IMG/VR virus record: IMGVR_UViG_3300031576_000050
Location: 1 to 56,581 of that record
Length of the DNA stretch: 56,581 bases
Source of the DNA: a virus
Lineage: Duplodnaviria; Caudoviricetes
Direction: 5' to 3' (one strand)
Below are positions 1-9,619 of this stretch, piece after piece; the first letter of the stretch is position 1, and each line of letters starts with the position of its first letter. The position numbers were made by a program, and so were the translations under genes. The notes under the pieces were generated by a model. That model was not told the DNA's origin. It worked only from the letters and a program-made list of their open reading frames with translations, and made no database searches.

Positions 1-246
1 GACGTATAGTCTGGGGCCAATGCGCGGTCTACCTACACGTCCTGCTGCCATTCTGGCCTCTCTCCATTTCCGGCGTCTGCAATACCTAGAGAGCCGAGCT
101 TACTCCCTTACCCTGCAGCCAGCCAGCCAGTCATGCCCTGACAAGGCAGCCTTTCGACGCCTAGCCCAGGTAAGGGCATGCCTGAGTGCATCACGTGCGT
201 GTGGCTTGCCAACAGTGGGTAAGTACATCCCAATGGCCTTTAGCCT
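1..246. repeat. Terminal direct repeat / circular overlap, left copy
   Basis: Matches 56340-56581 except for one extra AGCC unit (CAGCCAGCCAGCCAG vs CAGCCAGCCAG). Confidence 0.95.
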
Positions 247-714
247 GCTATCAGTGACTGTTGTCATGGCTAATGAAGAAAGCTGAAGGGCAATAGAGCG
301 CGGGCCAAGTTCGTCATCACCTAGCAACTTGTACCCGCGCTCTAGCCACCACTTTACTGGCTCTGCCACCCTGACTGGGTCAAGCACTTCTCTGGACATT
401 ACCTGGGTCCGAAGAACGAAGTCCTCAAAGACGTACTCAGCATTGGGCCAGGCATCGCATAGCTCTATGATCCTGTCGACCTGTTCACCTAGCTCACCAA
501 TAAACTCTCCACAACTCCAGATGTTGATATTGTCGAGTATTGCGTACTCAGGGTCATACATCGCTAGCTCGTGCACTGACAAGGCGCACCAGCCGCTTGT
601 GCCGCCAGGGTCAATAGCGACACAGTTCCACATGCCATCTCCATCCTCTGGCCACAAGAACATGCCCGGCTTGACCACCTGGAAATGATTACCGTCCGAC
701 ACGCCTTGAGCCAT
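100..714 (-). CDS. RuvC-like Holliday junction resolvase (start uncertain)
   Basis: AIDPGGTSGW, FEDF and HARDALRHA motifs match RuvC/RNase H-fold catalytic acidic residues. Confidence 0.75.
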   Translation of the reverse strand: MAQGVSDGNHFQVVKPGMFLWPEDGDGMWNCVAIDPGGTSGWCALSVHELAMYDPEYAILDNINIWSCGEFIGELGEQVDRIIELCDAWPNAEYVFEDFVLRTQVMSREVLDPVRVAEPVKWWLERGYKLLGDDELGPRSIALQLSSLAMTTVTDSRLKAIGMYLPTVGKPHARDALRHALTWARRRKAALSGHDWLAGCRVRE

Positions 715-831
715 CCCAGACCAGGTATAATGCAAGAACAGACCCGCACGTGAGTATGTAGTACTCCCCAACAGCGAATGGGTTGCCAAGGCTGTACTTT
801 TGGATGACGTAGCCCAAAACAATTGATGCGC

Positions 832-1086
832 CTAGTCTGAGGATGGCTCCAGCCCCATGTCTCCTGTCGTGTCCGATGCAGCCTGGGCAGTGCTTGTGCC
901 TGCCGCGCTCCCTGCGGGCTCCAGCTGAAACGTCTGTGATGACAGGTGGATACCGTGTGACTCCTGCAGCGGCATCAACGCCTTCTCTACTGCCTGTATC
1001 ACTGCGTCCCTCTCTGCCTCCTGATCCGTCCCTGGCATCATCCCCAGGACTAGCAGGGCGAACTCTCGAGCCTGTGACTTCGACAT
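832..1086 (-). CDS. hypothetical protein
   Basis: Co-oriented ORF with GGAG SD upstream of ATG. Confidence 0.5.
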   Translation of the reverse strand: MSKSQAREFALLVLGMMPGTDQEAERDAVIQAVEKALMPLQESHGIHLSSQTFQLEPAGSAAGTSTAQAASDTTGDMGLEPSSD

Positions 1087-1098
1087 TGGCTCCCTCTC

Positions 1099-1403
1099 CT
1101 ACCTCATCCATCCGAGTACTCCTATCATAATCGAAACAATGCTCATGATGTAGGCCGATAGCACTACCCCAGCCACTGCCCCGACCCAGTAGCGCCATCC
1201 TGAGTCCCACTCACTGTATGACTCTTCTGGGATGGGGACTTTCTCAAAACGAGGCACAGCATGATGCCATGGCCAACAAGCGCGAGGCCAATGAGCCATG
1301 CCTGCCTCCAAGCTAGCCAAGTTACCCCAGCTAAGACAGGCAGCGTAGCGAGCGCCCAGTATAGGGCGCCCGTACGCCAGCCTTCATTATGCCCAATGGG
1401 CAC
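1099..1403 (-). CDS. small membrane protein, probably split by a 1-nt indel near 1240
   Basis: ORF 1164-1403 carries hydrophobic helices and the overlapping frame ending at 1099 carries another; one extra A in AGAAAG would join them. Confidence 0.4.
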
Positions 1404-1831
1404 TAGTGCTCCAGTGCATGCAGCAGCAACTTGTGGGCCGCCGCTAGCCGAGACAATGCGGCCGAGAGCTGCTCATTCTCGCACTTGAGACGTCCAAACT
1501 CTGCTCTATCAGTGGCACTGAGATTTGCCTCCTGCAGCAAGCGTATCCGCTCGCGGTATGCGAGCAGCTCAGGAGCATCAGAGGTCTCGTCCAGCTCTGA
1601 GTCACTGTCGAGACCAAGGAAAGCACGGACAACACTGGATGTAGTCGTCCAGGCTGAATCCCTTTCGGAACGCAAACGGATAACATCTTGCGCTAACCGG
1701 CGCATTGTTGAGTGATCCATCAGTTGACGGATCTCCTCATCACTCATGGAGTCGTGATCGTAGTGCCATCCACAGTGCACACACTTGCTAGGCCGGTACG
1801 ACTCTTCATCTTGCCAATGAACCTTAGGCAT
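1403..1831 (-). CDS. hypothetical protein (CxxCxxH, coiled coil)
   Basis: Start overlaps the ThyX-like stop; CVHCGWH motif. Confidence 0.65.
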   Translation of the reverse strand: MPKVHWQDEESYRPSKCVHCGWHYDHDSMSDEEIRQLMDHSTMRRLAQDVIRLRSERDSAWTTTSSVVRAFLGLDSDSELDETSDAPELLAYRERIRLLQEANLSATDRAEFGRLKCENEQLSAALSRLAAAHKLLLHALEH

Positions 1832-2922
1832 TACGATCCAATCCTGTACTTAGGTTGTGGGAGGAATACCCTATTCTCTTGCTTGGCCCATGAGAAGTCG
1901 CATGCTTCCTCTACATTCTCCCAACCTTGGAATGTGCACTTCTGGCCAACCCTGCCTGTCCCCAGGCATACCTGGCACACGATCAGCACTGTGCCGTCAG
2001 GCGGGTCAGGGTAATGCAGGACCATCTGCTTCATCTCAGTGTCTGCGGCATCGCTCCACTCTATGTATTGTCTGCCATCCCCGCCACACTCTGTGCATTT
2101 CTTGCCTGTCTTTTCACAGGAAATCTTGACATATGGCTCCATCCATGGACTCGCCTGCAGCAATGCTGTACGCATCTTGCGCATACAGTACCACATCTCC
2201 CAAAGGAACATGGAGCAAGCCCGATATGCGTACACATCGAGAAACTCTCGCACTGTATACTCGCACATGATGTAGTTGACAGTGCCCTCTGGCAAGATGT
2301 ATCGAGCATCCTGGTATGGCACCCCGGAATCACAGGCGATCTGGTATGCGTTCCAGGCCCATTCATATGACAGGAGCCATGCGCGCCGCACATCTGAGCT
2401 GGCCCGCCAAACTGTCTCAGGCATTCGGACTTCTGGCCTGAACCCATACCATGTCGCACGTTGCGACTGCTGATGGAACCCAGCGCGGCGTGAACGCACT
2501 AGCTGATGTGTGAGAGCGCGACTAGCGCCCCAGACCTCAAAGACAACAATCTGGGTCTCCAGGGCTGACTGAAGCCCACCACGCATCATCTCTTCCCAGT
2601 CATTGGCGATCTCCTCATCACCATCTGGGGTGGGGACTGGCAGCCCAGTCGTGGCGCGGGTCGCACGAGAAAGCACTTGCTGGAACTTGATCTGGTCGAT
2701 AGCCTGCAGCAGCCGCACCTCCAGCCCATCAGTTCCTATCTGTACCATTCCAGTGTCAAATGGCGAGACATGCGATCCATCATTAAGCTGGTGCGAGTTG
2801 AATGCCTTGCCCTTGCCTGCCTGCCCAGTCGGCTGATCAGATGGGTTCCAAGTTCGAGACATTACGGGCAATGCTGCTTCCATAAACTGTCTAGCTTTGC
2901 GATGCTCAATAAGCCACTGCAT
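1831..2922 (-). CDS. thyX: ThyX-like FAD-dependent thymidylate synthase family protein, variant motif, with CxxCxGxG zinc-finger insertion
   Basis: SRALTHQLVRSRRAGFHQQSQR (RHR-x7-SxR-like), QDARYILP, WE motif; CTECGGDG...CQVCLGTG. Confidence 0.8.
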   Translation of the reverse strand: MQWLIEHRKARQFMEAALPVMSRTWNPSDQPTGQAGKGKAFNSHQLNDGSHVSPFDTGMVQIGTDGLEVRLLQAIDQIKFQQVLSRATRATTGLPVPTPDGDEEIANDWEEMMRGGLQSALETQIVVFEVWGASRALTHQLVRSRRAGFHQQSQRATWYGFRPEVRMPETVWRASSDVRRAWLLSYEWAWNAYQIACDSGVPYQDARYILPEGTVNYIMCEYTVREFLDVYAYRACSMFLWEMWYCMRKMRTALLQASPWMEPYVKISCEKTGKKCTECGGDGRQYIEWSDAADTEMKQMVLHYPDPPDGTVLIVCQVCLGTGRVGQKCTFQGWENVEEACDFSWAKQENRVFLPQPKYRIGS

Positions 2923-3232
2923 CAGGGTCGCCTCTCATGTGAGGGCATTGCATACCCTCACCGTTCAGTTGTGGACAGTGCACTTTCAAGTGATCTAGCA
3001 TCATGTCAATGCTAGCTCTTTGGGTCTCGATGCGCCCGTCTATACCTCCTCCAACAAAGTCATATCCAAGTAAGTCACCAGAGACTGCAATGAGGCTGCT
3101 GCCTGGCCTAGGCAGGCCAGCGTTGGAACCGATCCTAATGGCATATGAGGCCATCTTGCTGTCGACCACGCGGCGTAGCTCTACCATCTCGCCAGCAGCG
3201 AAGTACCTGAGAGCAGCAGGGTTACGCTTCAT
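2906..3232 (-). CDS. hypothetical protein
   Basis: ATGA overlap with the upstream MazG-like gene. Confidence 0.6.
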   Translation of the reverse strand: MKRNPAALRYFAAGEMVELRRVVDSKMASYAIRIGSNAGLPRPGSSLIAVSGDLLGYDFVGGGIDGRIETQRASIDMMLDHLKVHCPQLNGEGMQCPHMRGDPDAVAY

Positions 3233-3726
3233 GCCCTCTTCTTACCATGCCTCTCTGGCCTGGTCGCGTTATATGCTATCTTCATGGCCAGCACCTGGTC
3301 CAGGTCAACACTCCAGGCACCACATACGTCAAAGACTCGGATGATGATGTCAGCTAGCTCTGAAGGCACACCATCTGGCTTCACCCGCATGCCAAGTTTA
3401 GCGGCCAAATTTGGAGTCAGATCTAGCCACTCAGTGGCTGAGTCATTCTCGACCCATTCGCGTACCTGCTCCTTGCCGTCATGAATTCTCCTCTCGATAA
3501 CTGGACTCCCCTGCATGTCTGCCCATTCATATGTGAAGATGAGCTGGTTCACCTCATTTCCATGCCTGAAGTGCTCGATTGCTTCAGCACACTCGGTCAT
3601 GACTAGGGCCATTGACTCCAGAAACGTCTGGTTGTGCATCTCGTACGGCGCTCCAGCGCCATAATGGGTCCACCATCTCTTGTTGACTGAGTTCTGGTGT
3701 GCTGCTACTACTAACTCATTCAGCAT
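3229..3726 (-). CDS. MazG-like nucleotide pyrophosphohydrolase
   Basis: MTECAEAIE, PSELADIIIRVFD, KIAYNATRP motifs; AAGGAGG SD. Confidence 0.85.
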   Translation of the reverse strand: MLNELVVAAHQNSVNKRWWTHYGAGAPYEMHNQTFLESMALVMTECAEAIEHFRHGNEVNQLIFTYEWADMQGSPVIERRIHDGKEQVREWVENDSATEWLDLTPNLAAKLGMRVKPDGVPSELADIIIRVFDVCGAWSVDLDQVLAMKIAYNATRPERHGKKRA

Positions 3727-3770
3727 TCTGGCCTCCTTGATCCGATTCTTACTTCTCTGAGGAGTTGCGG

Positions 3771-6700
3771 CTAGTCGTCGGGCGAGATCACGATTAGCGA
3801 CTTCACCTGTATTGAGACTCCAAATGTTGCTGACCTGTCCGATCTCCTTCCAGTAGCAACAACCATGTCTTTCCCCACATCCAAGCTATCAATGGCTGCC
3901 TTCAGCTCAGGGAATGTATACCTGCTGATACGGAGGTACACATCTTCCTCACCATCGTCGACGCATCGAAGCGTCACTGACTTGGCCAGCCCTGGATGGC
4001 GCATGTCGCGTAGTATGTCCTCGACTGCGCGGCCTGAGCGAGCACGCTCATTCTCTATATAATCCTGATAGCTGCGCTCAATGACAAGGCCAAGGAACAC
4101 CACCCTGACTCCAGACAGGTCTAGCAGCGCGTCAGACGATGCGCCGGGCTGCGGTAAGTCGGGATGATCACAGATCCATGCGCGCACCTTTCTGATGTCA
4201 TCAGCAACAGCCTGTATCCCAAATGGGTCAGCATCACCAATTTGGGACCTGCACCCAGCAAAGATCTTTGGCCCAATCCCTGCTACCCTTAGCAGGTCTT
4301 CTGGCCTCTGGAATCCAATTCCACTATCCGCCTTCAGTGCAGCCTCAGTCCTAACGATTGCCCTAGCTTTTGCTGGCCCAATTCCCATTAGCTGCTCATA
4401 CCCTGCGACTATCAGCCCTGGCTCTGGCGCCTCCCATTCCATGCCAGACTTGCCGAGGGTGACACCCCTAACTACCTGCCCGTGTCTCTGCGCATCTCTT
4501 ACTAGCAACGACCAGCCGTCGGGCGGACTCTTGCGAAGCTGTGCCAAGTAGAATGAAGTTGTGTGGTGCACCTTCAGCCACATGCACCAGAATGCCAGCA
4601 TACCATAACTGACGCAATGTGCAATATTGAACGAGTATGTAGCGCTGGTGACTAGCTTAGCCCAGATCTTTCTGGCCAGCACATCACTTATCCCATGCAG
4701 CTTCGCCGCGCCTTCAGCGAAGTCATCAGCACTCTTATTGAACTCAGACTCGCCTAGCTTGAGGCTAATGATTCGGCGTATATGATGCACTCTCTGCACG
4801 GGCAGCCCGCCCATGACTCGGAGGATGCCCAGTACCTGCTCCTGGTAGATGATCTGGCCCTTTGTGGCAGCAGTATAGCTGTCAACTATCGGGTGTAGGC
4901 TGGCTGACTTCTCTCCCCACTTTGCTCGAATGTACTCAGCTGTCGTACCTGAGAAGAGTGGGCCTGGGCGGGACAAGCCATTGGTGTCAACGATCTCCTG
5001 GAAGTTGTCTGGTTTGACCTCACGGCAGACTAGGCGGGTAGCACGCCCCTCAAACTGGAAGATGCCGATAACGTCATGATGCCGGAATGCATCTACTGTT
5101 GCCTCATCTGTCATTGGCACCCGATACAGCTGCTCAAGGGTCAGGCCTGCGTGTTGGAGTGCTATTCTGATCATGCCCATTGTCGACAGGCCAAGGAAGT
5201 CAGCCTTCATGAGACCAAGGTATTCAGCGTCATACTTGTTGACGCTTACAGCAGTTAGCTTCTCACCATGCTTGCCAGCCTCGCCTGGGGCATCGCGCGT
5301 GTAGATGGCACAGTAGTCAGAGATTGGTCCATTGGTCACGACCAGACCGGCTGCATGCGTGCTCATGCCCCGATAGCTGCCCTCTAGGCGGGTAGCCATG
5401 TTGAGCTGTGGGTACTGGGCGAATGCAGCTGCGACCTCAGGGAACATCCCTATCGTGTCGCCAATCGTGGCATCCGCACGGGAGTCACCCCAGGATCGCT
5501 CGATGATCATACCTTTAACCAGCTTGGCTACAGCATGCGGTATCTCATGCACCCGAGCTATATCATCGATTGAGTTACGGCCCTTGAACTTGGTGAAGGT
5601 GCCAATGTTAGCAACCCTGTCCTCGCCATACTTCTCAACCAGGCGCACTCTAGTGTTACCGCGAAGATCGTCATCAAAGTCAAGGTCTATGTCTGGCTCG
5701 TCAAGGCGGTCAGGTGCAATGAACCGGTCGAACCGCATCAGTGGGTACTGGAGTGGGTCAATCTCTGTAATGCGGAGTAGGTAGCAGACTAGGGATGCCG
5801 CAGCGCTACCGCGCGCCGGGCCAACAGGCTCACCAGCATCCTTGGCAGCACGCACGACATCAGAGATCATCAGAAAGTAGTCGACAAAGTTTCGCTCTAC
5901 TATCAGCTGCATCTCTTCATTGAGCCTTACAATGTACTCTGGCTTCAGCTTCTTCATCCGCTTGTTGCCATGCTTAACCCGGTAGCGCCATCCTCGCCGC
6001 AGCCATTGCCACACTAGCTCGACAGAGTCCGCCTTGCCGGGTGGGAGTGGGTACCGTAGCCGTTCTGCCTTTGGCAGCACAACGTTACAGCGGTCAGCAA
6101 TCTCACCAGTCATTGCCAGTGCGAAAGATGCGGCATCTTTGCTGAGTCCACCACGGAGCCGCTTCAGGGCCAGCTTATCAGACAATGGGTGCGTTAGGCG
6201 AACATCATACTCCCAGCCTTCAGCCTGCTGCGCTGCTGTATTCATGCCCCGGCCAGCTGCATGGATGAGCAGCTGAAGATCGTTGTCATCCGGCAGTGGG
6301 TAGTGCACATCGAATGTGCCAACCAATGGGATGCAGGTTAGTCTTGACAGCCGCTCATATGCCTCATTGATATGATTGGATCGGTCTAGCTCTGGGAACG
6401 CCTGGCACTCCAGGTAGTACCTATCACCGAACAACGCCCGGAAGTTGGTGGCTACACGTTGTGCCAGCTTGAAGGAGCTAGCTGCCGGCGTGATGGTCTT
6501 ACCGCCTAGTAGCGAGCACGCAAGCAATGAGTCCGAGCAGCCGGATAAGCAAATGAGTCCTTCGTGATGATCCGCTAGCATCTGCCCGGATACCGTAGGC
6601 CAGCGGTAGAATCCTTCTGCCCAGGAGCGCGTCACGATGCGCATGAGGTTGGCATAGCCGACCTGATTCATTGCCAGCAGGGTGAGGTGGAACTTGCGCG

Positions 6701-6926
6701 GGCTGTTGGGCTCTGGATGTGTGTATGCTTCCAGCCCAAAGATTGGCTTCAGCCCTAGCTTTGTGCAGGCCTTCTCATGACCGACGTGCGAGGACACGTT
6801 ACCATGCTCAGTGACAGCCTGTGCCGTCATCCCTAGCTCAGCAGTCCTGGCAGCATGGTCATATGGCGTCTTGATGCCATCCATGTAGCTGAATGTGGTA
6901 TGATGGTGCAGGCTGACTGTTTTCAT
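3771..6926 (-). CDS. dnaE: DNA polymerase III alpha subunit (DnaE-like, family C)
   Basis: N-terminal PHP (LHHHTTFSYMDG, TEHG), GPARGSAAASLV, PDIDLD, KADFLGL, IIYQEQV. Confidence 0.95.
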   Translation of the reverse strand: MKTVSLHHHTTFSYMDGIKTPYDHAARTAELGMTAQAVTEHGNVSSHVGHEKACTKLGLKPIFGLEAYTHPEPNSPRKFHLTLLAMNQVGYANLMRIVTRSWAEGFYRWPTVSGQMLADHHEGLICLSGCSDSLLACSLLGGKTITPAASSFKLAQRVATNFRALFGDRYYLECQAFPELDRSNHINEAYERLSRLTCIPLVGTFDVHYPLPDDNDLQLLIHAAGRGMNTAAQQAEGWEYDVRLTHPLSDKLALKRLRGGLSKDAASFALAMTGEIADRCNVVLPKAERLRYPLPPGKADSVELVWQWLRRGWRYRVKHGNKRMKKLKPEYIVRLNEEMQLIVERNFVDYFLMISDVVRAAKDAGEPVGPARGSAAASLVCYLLRITEIDPLQYPLMRFDRFIAPDRLDEPDIDLDFDDDLRGNTRVRLVEKYGEDRVANIGTFTKFKGRNSIDDIARVHEIPHAVAKLVKGMIIERSWGDSRADATIGDTIGMFPEVAAAFAQYPQLNMATRLEGSYRGMSTHAAGLVVTNGPISDYCAIYTRDAPGEAGKHGEKLTAVSVNKYDAEYLGLMKADFLGLSTMGMIRIALQHAGLTLEQLYRVPMTDEATVDAFRHHDVIGIFQFEGRATRLVCREVKPDNFQEIVDTNGLSRPGPLFSGTTAEYIRAKWGEKSASLHPIVDSYTAATKGQIIYQEQVLGILRVMGGLPVQRVHHIRRIISLKLGESEFNKSADDFAEGAAKLHGISDVLARKIWAKLVTSATYSFNIAHCVSYGMLAFWCMWLKVHHTTSFYLAQLRKSPPDGWSLLVRDAQRHGQVVRGVTLGKSGMEWEAPEPGLIVAGYEQLMGIGPAKARAIVRTEAALKADSGIGFQRPEDLLRVAGIGPKIFAGCRSQIGDADPFGIQAVADDIRKVRAWICDHPDLPQPGASSDALLDLSGVRVVFLGLVIERSYQDYIENERARSGRAVEDILRDMRHPGLAKSVTLRCVDDGEEDVYLRISRYTFPELKAAIDSLDVGKDMVVATGRRSDRSATFGVSIQVKSLIVISPDD

Positions 6927-7258
6927 GCAAGCTCAATTACCTGAAATCCAATAGTATCAGCTATGGCGCGTTCTAGTGTTGCCCCTTTACTGTCTTCCCA
7001 ACCAGGGAGCATGACAATAGCTTCGCATGTCATGAGCATGAATATAATGTCAGTGCGGTAATAGCACCCATCTAGATGGGGATCTTTCTCGCGTCCAGTA
7101 GCCGTACCAATGCATGCCATGCCATCATGTATCGTTGGGATCAGGTGGGGGTCAACTGGGGTATGCCCTAGCTCCATGAGCCTCTGTGCAGCCTGCTGGA
7201 ATGCAATTTTGTTGCCATCTGGATAGCCAGCTATTGGTCCAGCTATGTAGACTCTCAT
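6923..7258 (-). CDS. DUF4406 / nucleoside 2-deoxyribosyltransferase-like protein
   Basis: VYIAGP...LPGWEDSKGATLE signature. Confidence 0.8.
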   Translation of the reverse strand: MRVYIAGPIAGYPDGNKIAFQQAAQRLMELGHTPVDPHLIPTIHDGMACIGTATGREKDPHLDGCYYRTDIIFMLMTCEAIVMLPGWEDSKGATLERAIADTIGFQVIELA

Positions 7259-7569
7259 ACGTCCCAGACCAATCCATCCTGGAACCCACCACGAGCAACA
7301 TAGCGCGCACGCTTAGCCGCCTGTACTTCTTGATCCCCTATATCATGCCATGTAGCCAACCCTTCCAAGACTTCCATGACGTCAGCGATCTCATTGGTCA
7401 TGTCTTTAGTGGACTCAGCAGCAACTAGCTCGCCAACTTCCTCTAGCAGCTTCTGTATCAGTAGCCGACCATGCTCGTGAGCATTGTTGGGGCGACGCAG
7501 CAGCCCTTTCGCTGCCTCTACTTCCCATGGGATATCTCCCATCCGGTCACGGATTAGCTTCGCGCCCAT
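7255..7569 (-). CDS. MazG-like (PRA-PH-like) NTP pyrophosphohydrolase
   Basis: KLIRD, KLLEEVGE, EIADVMEV, KR..RGGF; AAGGAGG SD before ATG 7569. Confidence 0.8.
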   Translation of the reverse strand: MGAKLIRDRMGDIPWEVEAAKGLLRRPNNAHEHGRLLIQKLLEEVGELVAAESTKDMTNEIADVMEVLEGLATWHDIGDQEVQAAKRARYVARGGFQDGLVWDV

Positions 7570-7681
7570 GCTTCCTCCTTGATATGCTAGTACACAAGAA
7601 TGGTATCGGGCATATGTAAATGCGGCTAAGGCCAACATACACACCAATCCATATGTCATACCACAATAGCTGGACTCTCAT
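7547..7681 (-). CDS. small hypothetical protein, 44 aa (MRVQLLWYDIWIGVY...), below ORF-track cutoff
   Basis: Translated by hand; GAGAGGCCAG motif upstream. Confidence 0.55.
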   Translation of the reverse strand: MRVQLLWYDIWIGVYVGLSRIYICPIPFLCTSISRRKHGREANP

Positions 7682-7684
7682 CTT

Positions 7685-7828
7685 TTAGTCTTCTGGCCTC
7701 TCACGATGATGTCTATGGATGAACTGCTTCCATCCAGTGAGATAGTTCTTGAAATGTATAACTTTTGTGCCTTTCTTCATTAGCATGCCACACTGCTGAC
7801 ATGCTGGCACATTCATTGTGTGGCTCAT
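7685..7828 (-). CDS. small CxxC protein, 47 aa, below ORF-track cutoff
   Basis: Translated by hand; ATGA overlap with the deaminase stop. Confidence 0.5.
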   Translation of the reverse strand: MSHTMNVPACQQCGMLMKKGTKVIHFKNYLTGWKQFIHRHHRERPED

Positions 7829-8253
7829 TGATCACTCCAGACTAGGGTGCAGCCTGCCCAGGCTGCATACTTCTGGCAAGGCTCACAAGGCTCACTGCTG
7901 ATGTATACAGTAGCAGCCTGCGCCCAGCCCTCTTTGTGATGGCGACCAGTCGTGAAGCGCCACCACTCCAACGCATTCAACTCTGCATGCACATAGTGAC
8001 AGCCGGACTCCTCATATAGGGCTCCATGCGGCAGTTGCTCGGCCGTCAGTTGCCCGCGAGGGCATGCACCTTCGAAGCAACTAGGTTGACCACGGTACTC
8101 AGTGCCATTACGCCCCGCAGACACAATCCGGTCATCGACAACAACAACGGCACCTATCCGACGCCGCAGGCAGTCAGCTCTCTCTCCGACTGCGGCGGCA
8201 ATCGCAAGATAGTTCTGTTTAGCTGTTGGCCTTACTGACGGCTCTGTAGCCAT
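7825..8253 (-). CDS. dCMP deaminase
   Basis: RADCLRRRIGAV, GRNGT, HAELNA, PCEPC zinc motifs. Confidence 0.9.
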   Translation of the reverse strand: MATEPSVRPTAKQNYLAIAAAVGERADCLRRRIGAVVVVDDRIVSAGRNGTEYRGQPSCFEGACPRGQLTAEQLPHGALYEESGCHYVHAELNALEWWRFTTGRHHKEGWAQAATVYISSEPCEPCQKYAAWAGCTLVWSDQ

Positions 8254-8794
8254 ATCCCCAATGCCTCCCAATGCTGCTCGATTATGTCCTGCATATCCTG
8301 ACGCCGCAGCCCGAATGCCGGGTGGTACATAGGCCACAGCCAGACTTGACCCTGAAGCTGGTATGGGTGCCCATACAATGGCGTTACTGAAACCTGGTTC
8401 AGCGTCGCGCCACAACACCCAGCGTGATGACAAGCCCAGGAGAGCCAATGGCTAAGTACTCCTGCCTGAGGCATCCCGCACCATGGGCTATCTCTTTTGT
8501 GGTTGGCGTCCTGTTGCCTGGTGGGCGGTACTTGACTGTATTAGTGATGAAGACTACACCCCTACTGAGGCCTGCTAGGTGCAGGAACTGAGACAGCATA
8601 CCCCCTGAAGGCCCAGAGAATGGCAGGCCTCTGGTGTTCTCCACTGCCCCTGGAGCCTCGCCAATGATCATTGCCTCAGGATCGGCAGGACCAGTCCCGC
8701 CCACAAGGCGAATGCCTGGCATGCGTAGATGACTCCAGAATGGGTCTGCCCTAACCTGTTCATAGATATCCTCAAGGTCAGGCTTTGGCATCAT
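8232..8794 (-). CDS. family-4-like uracil-DNA glycosylase, frameshifted near 8405 (sequencing indel or pseudogene)
   Basis: GEAPG, GLPFSGPSG and TNTVKYRPPGNRTP in 8399-8794; motif B MYHPAF in the other frame ending at 8232. Confidence 0.8.
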
Positions 8795-9065
8795 TCGCCT
8801 TCTTGTCTAGGTCATGTACTAGCAGTAGTCCATGCGCGACTACCTCAAGAGCGATTGTGCGCAGGTCTTCCCGCCAGCCGCTCGCGTCGACACCATCCCA
8901 AAGTGCAGTCTTGAGCTTCCTGGCCTTCCGGTATAGGCCAACAAACTCACCAAGCGCACCTAGGTCGCGGTCTTGCCGGTACTCAGCGCCCCACCTCTCA
9001 AATCCCTCCAAGATCTCAGGGATGAGAGTGCCTCGGATGTACTCACGTTCCTCTGGCGTTGACAC
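8778..9065 (-). CDS. Nmad1/DUF1599-like all-alpha nucleotide-modification-associated protein
   Basis: EY...LGALGEFVGLYRKARKLK..LWDG pattern and gene context. Confidence 0.5.
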   Translation of the reverse strand: MSTPEEREYIRGTLIPEILEGFERWGAEYRQDRDLGALGEFVGLYRKARKLKTALWDGVDASGWREDLRTIALEVVAHGLLLVHDLDKKANDAKA

Positions 9066-9610
9066 TAGTCCTCCCGGATCAGCTGGGTGATGATGGCCTC
9101 ATTGCCTTCCTTGACTGCATACACCATACTGAATCCGACGCGCATTAGGTAGTCACTGAAGACCTGCCGGCCCTTACTGTAGTACTTATTGTTTAGGATG
9201 TTGTCCCAAGAGTCCAGGACGAATGGTGTCTTGTGGTCGCAATCCTGTAGGTACATCTTGGACCTACCATGCGGCACCACAATGGTGAAGGGGCAACCGA
9301 GCGCGAGTACGCGCGCTGCCTCGCCAATGAGTGGGCGCGGATCGCTAAGGTGCTCCAGGAAGTGCATAGCGAAGATGCCGCCAACTGAACCTTCCTCGTA
9401 AGGGAGCGGCATCGTCTCGGCATCCCAGTCTGGTAGGTCTAGCCGGACTGCACCTCTGATCAGCTTTCGCCCTGGACCCAGGTCTAGGACTGGTAAGATC
9501 CAGTCAGCTTCTTGCCATAGCTCAAACTCGCGGTTGAGGCCAAACTCCATCACTCTTAGTGGGGATATGTCATCCTCTAGAATATCTACCCAGTCAGTCA
9601 CCACTGCCAC
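9065..9610 (-). CDS. class I SAM-dependent methyltransferase (type 11-like)
   Basis: VLDLGPG, PLPYEEGSV, HFLEHL, EAARVL..G, VVPH, DCDH. Confidence 0.85.
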   Translation of the reverse strand: MAVVTDWVDILEDDISPLRVMEFGLNREFELWQEADWILPVLDLGPGRKLIRGAVRLDLPDWDAETMPLPYEEGSVGGIFAMHFLEHLSDPRPLIGEAARVLALGCPFTIVVPHGRSKMYLQDCDHKTPFVLDSWDNILNNKYYSKGRQVFSDYLMRVGFSMVYAVKEGNEAIITQLIRED

Positions 9611-9619
9611 CTTCCGACA

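Noticed and set aside
3771-6926. Intein or intron in DnaE (TerL and helicases also checked)
   Set aside because: Lengths are ordinary and no C...HN splice or LAGLIDADG motifs were seen.
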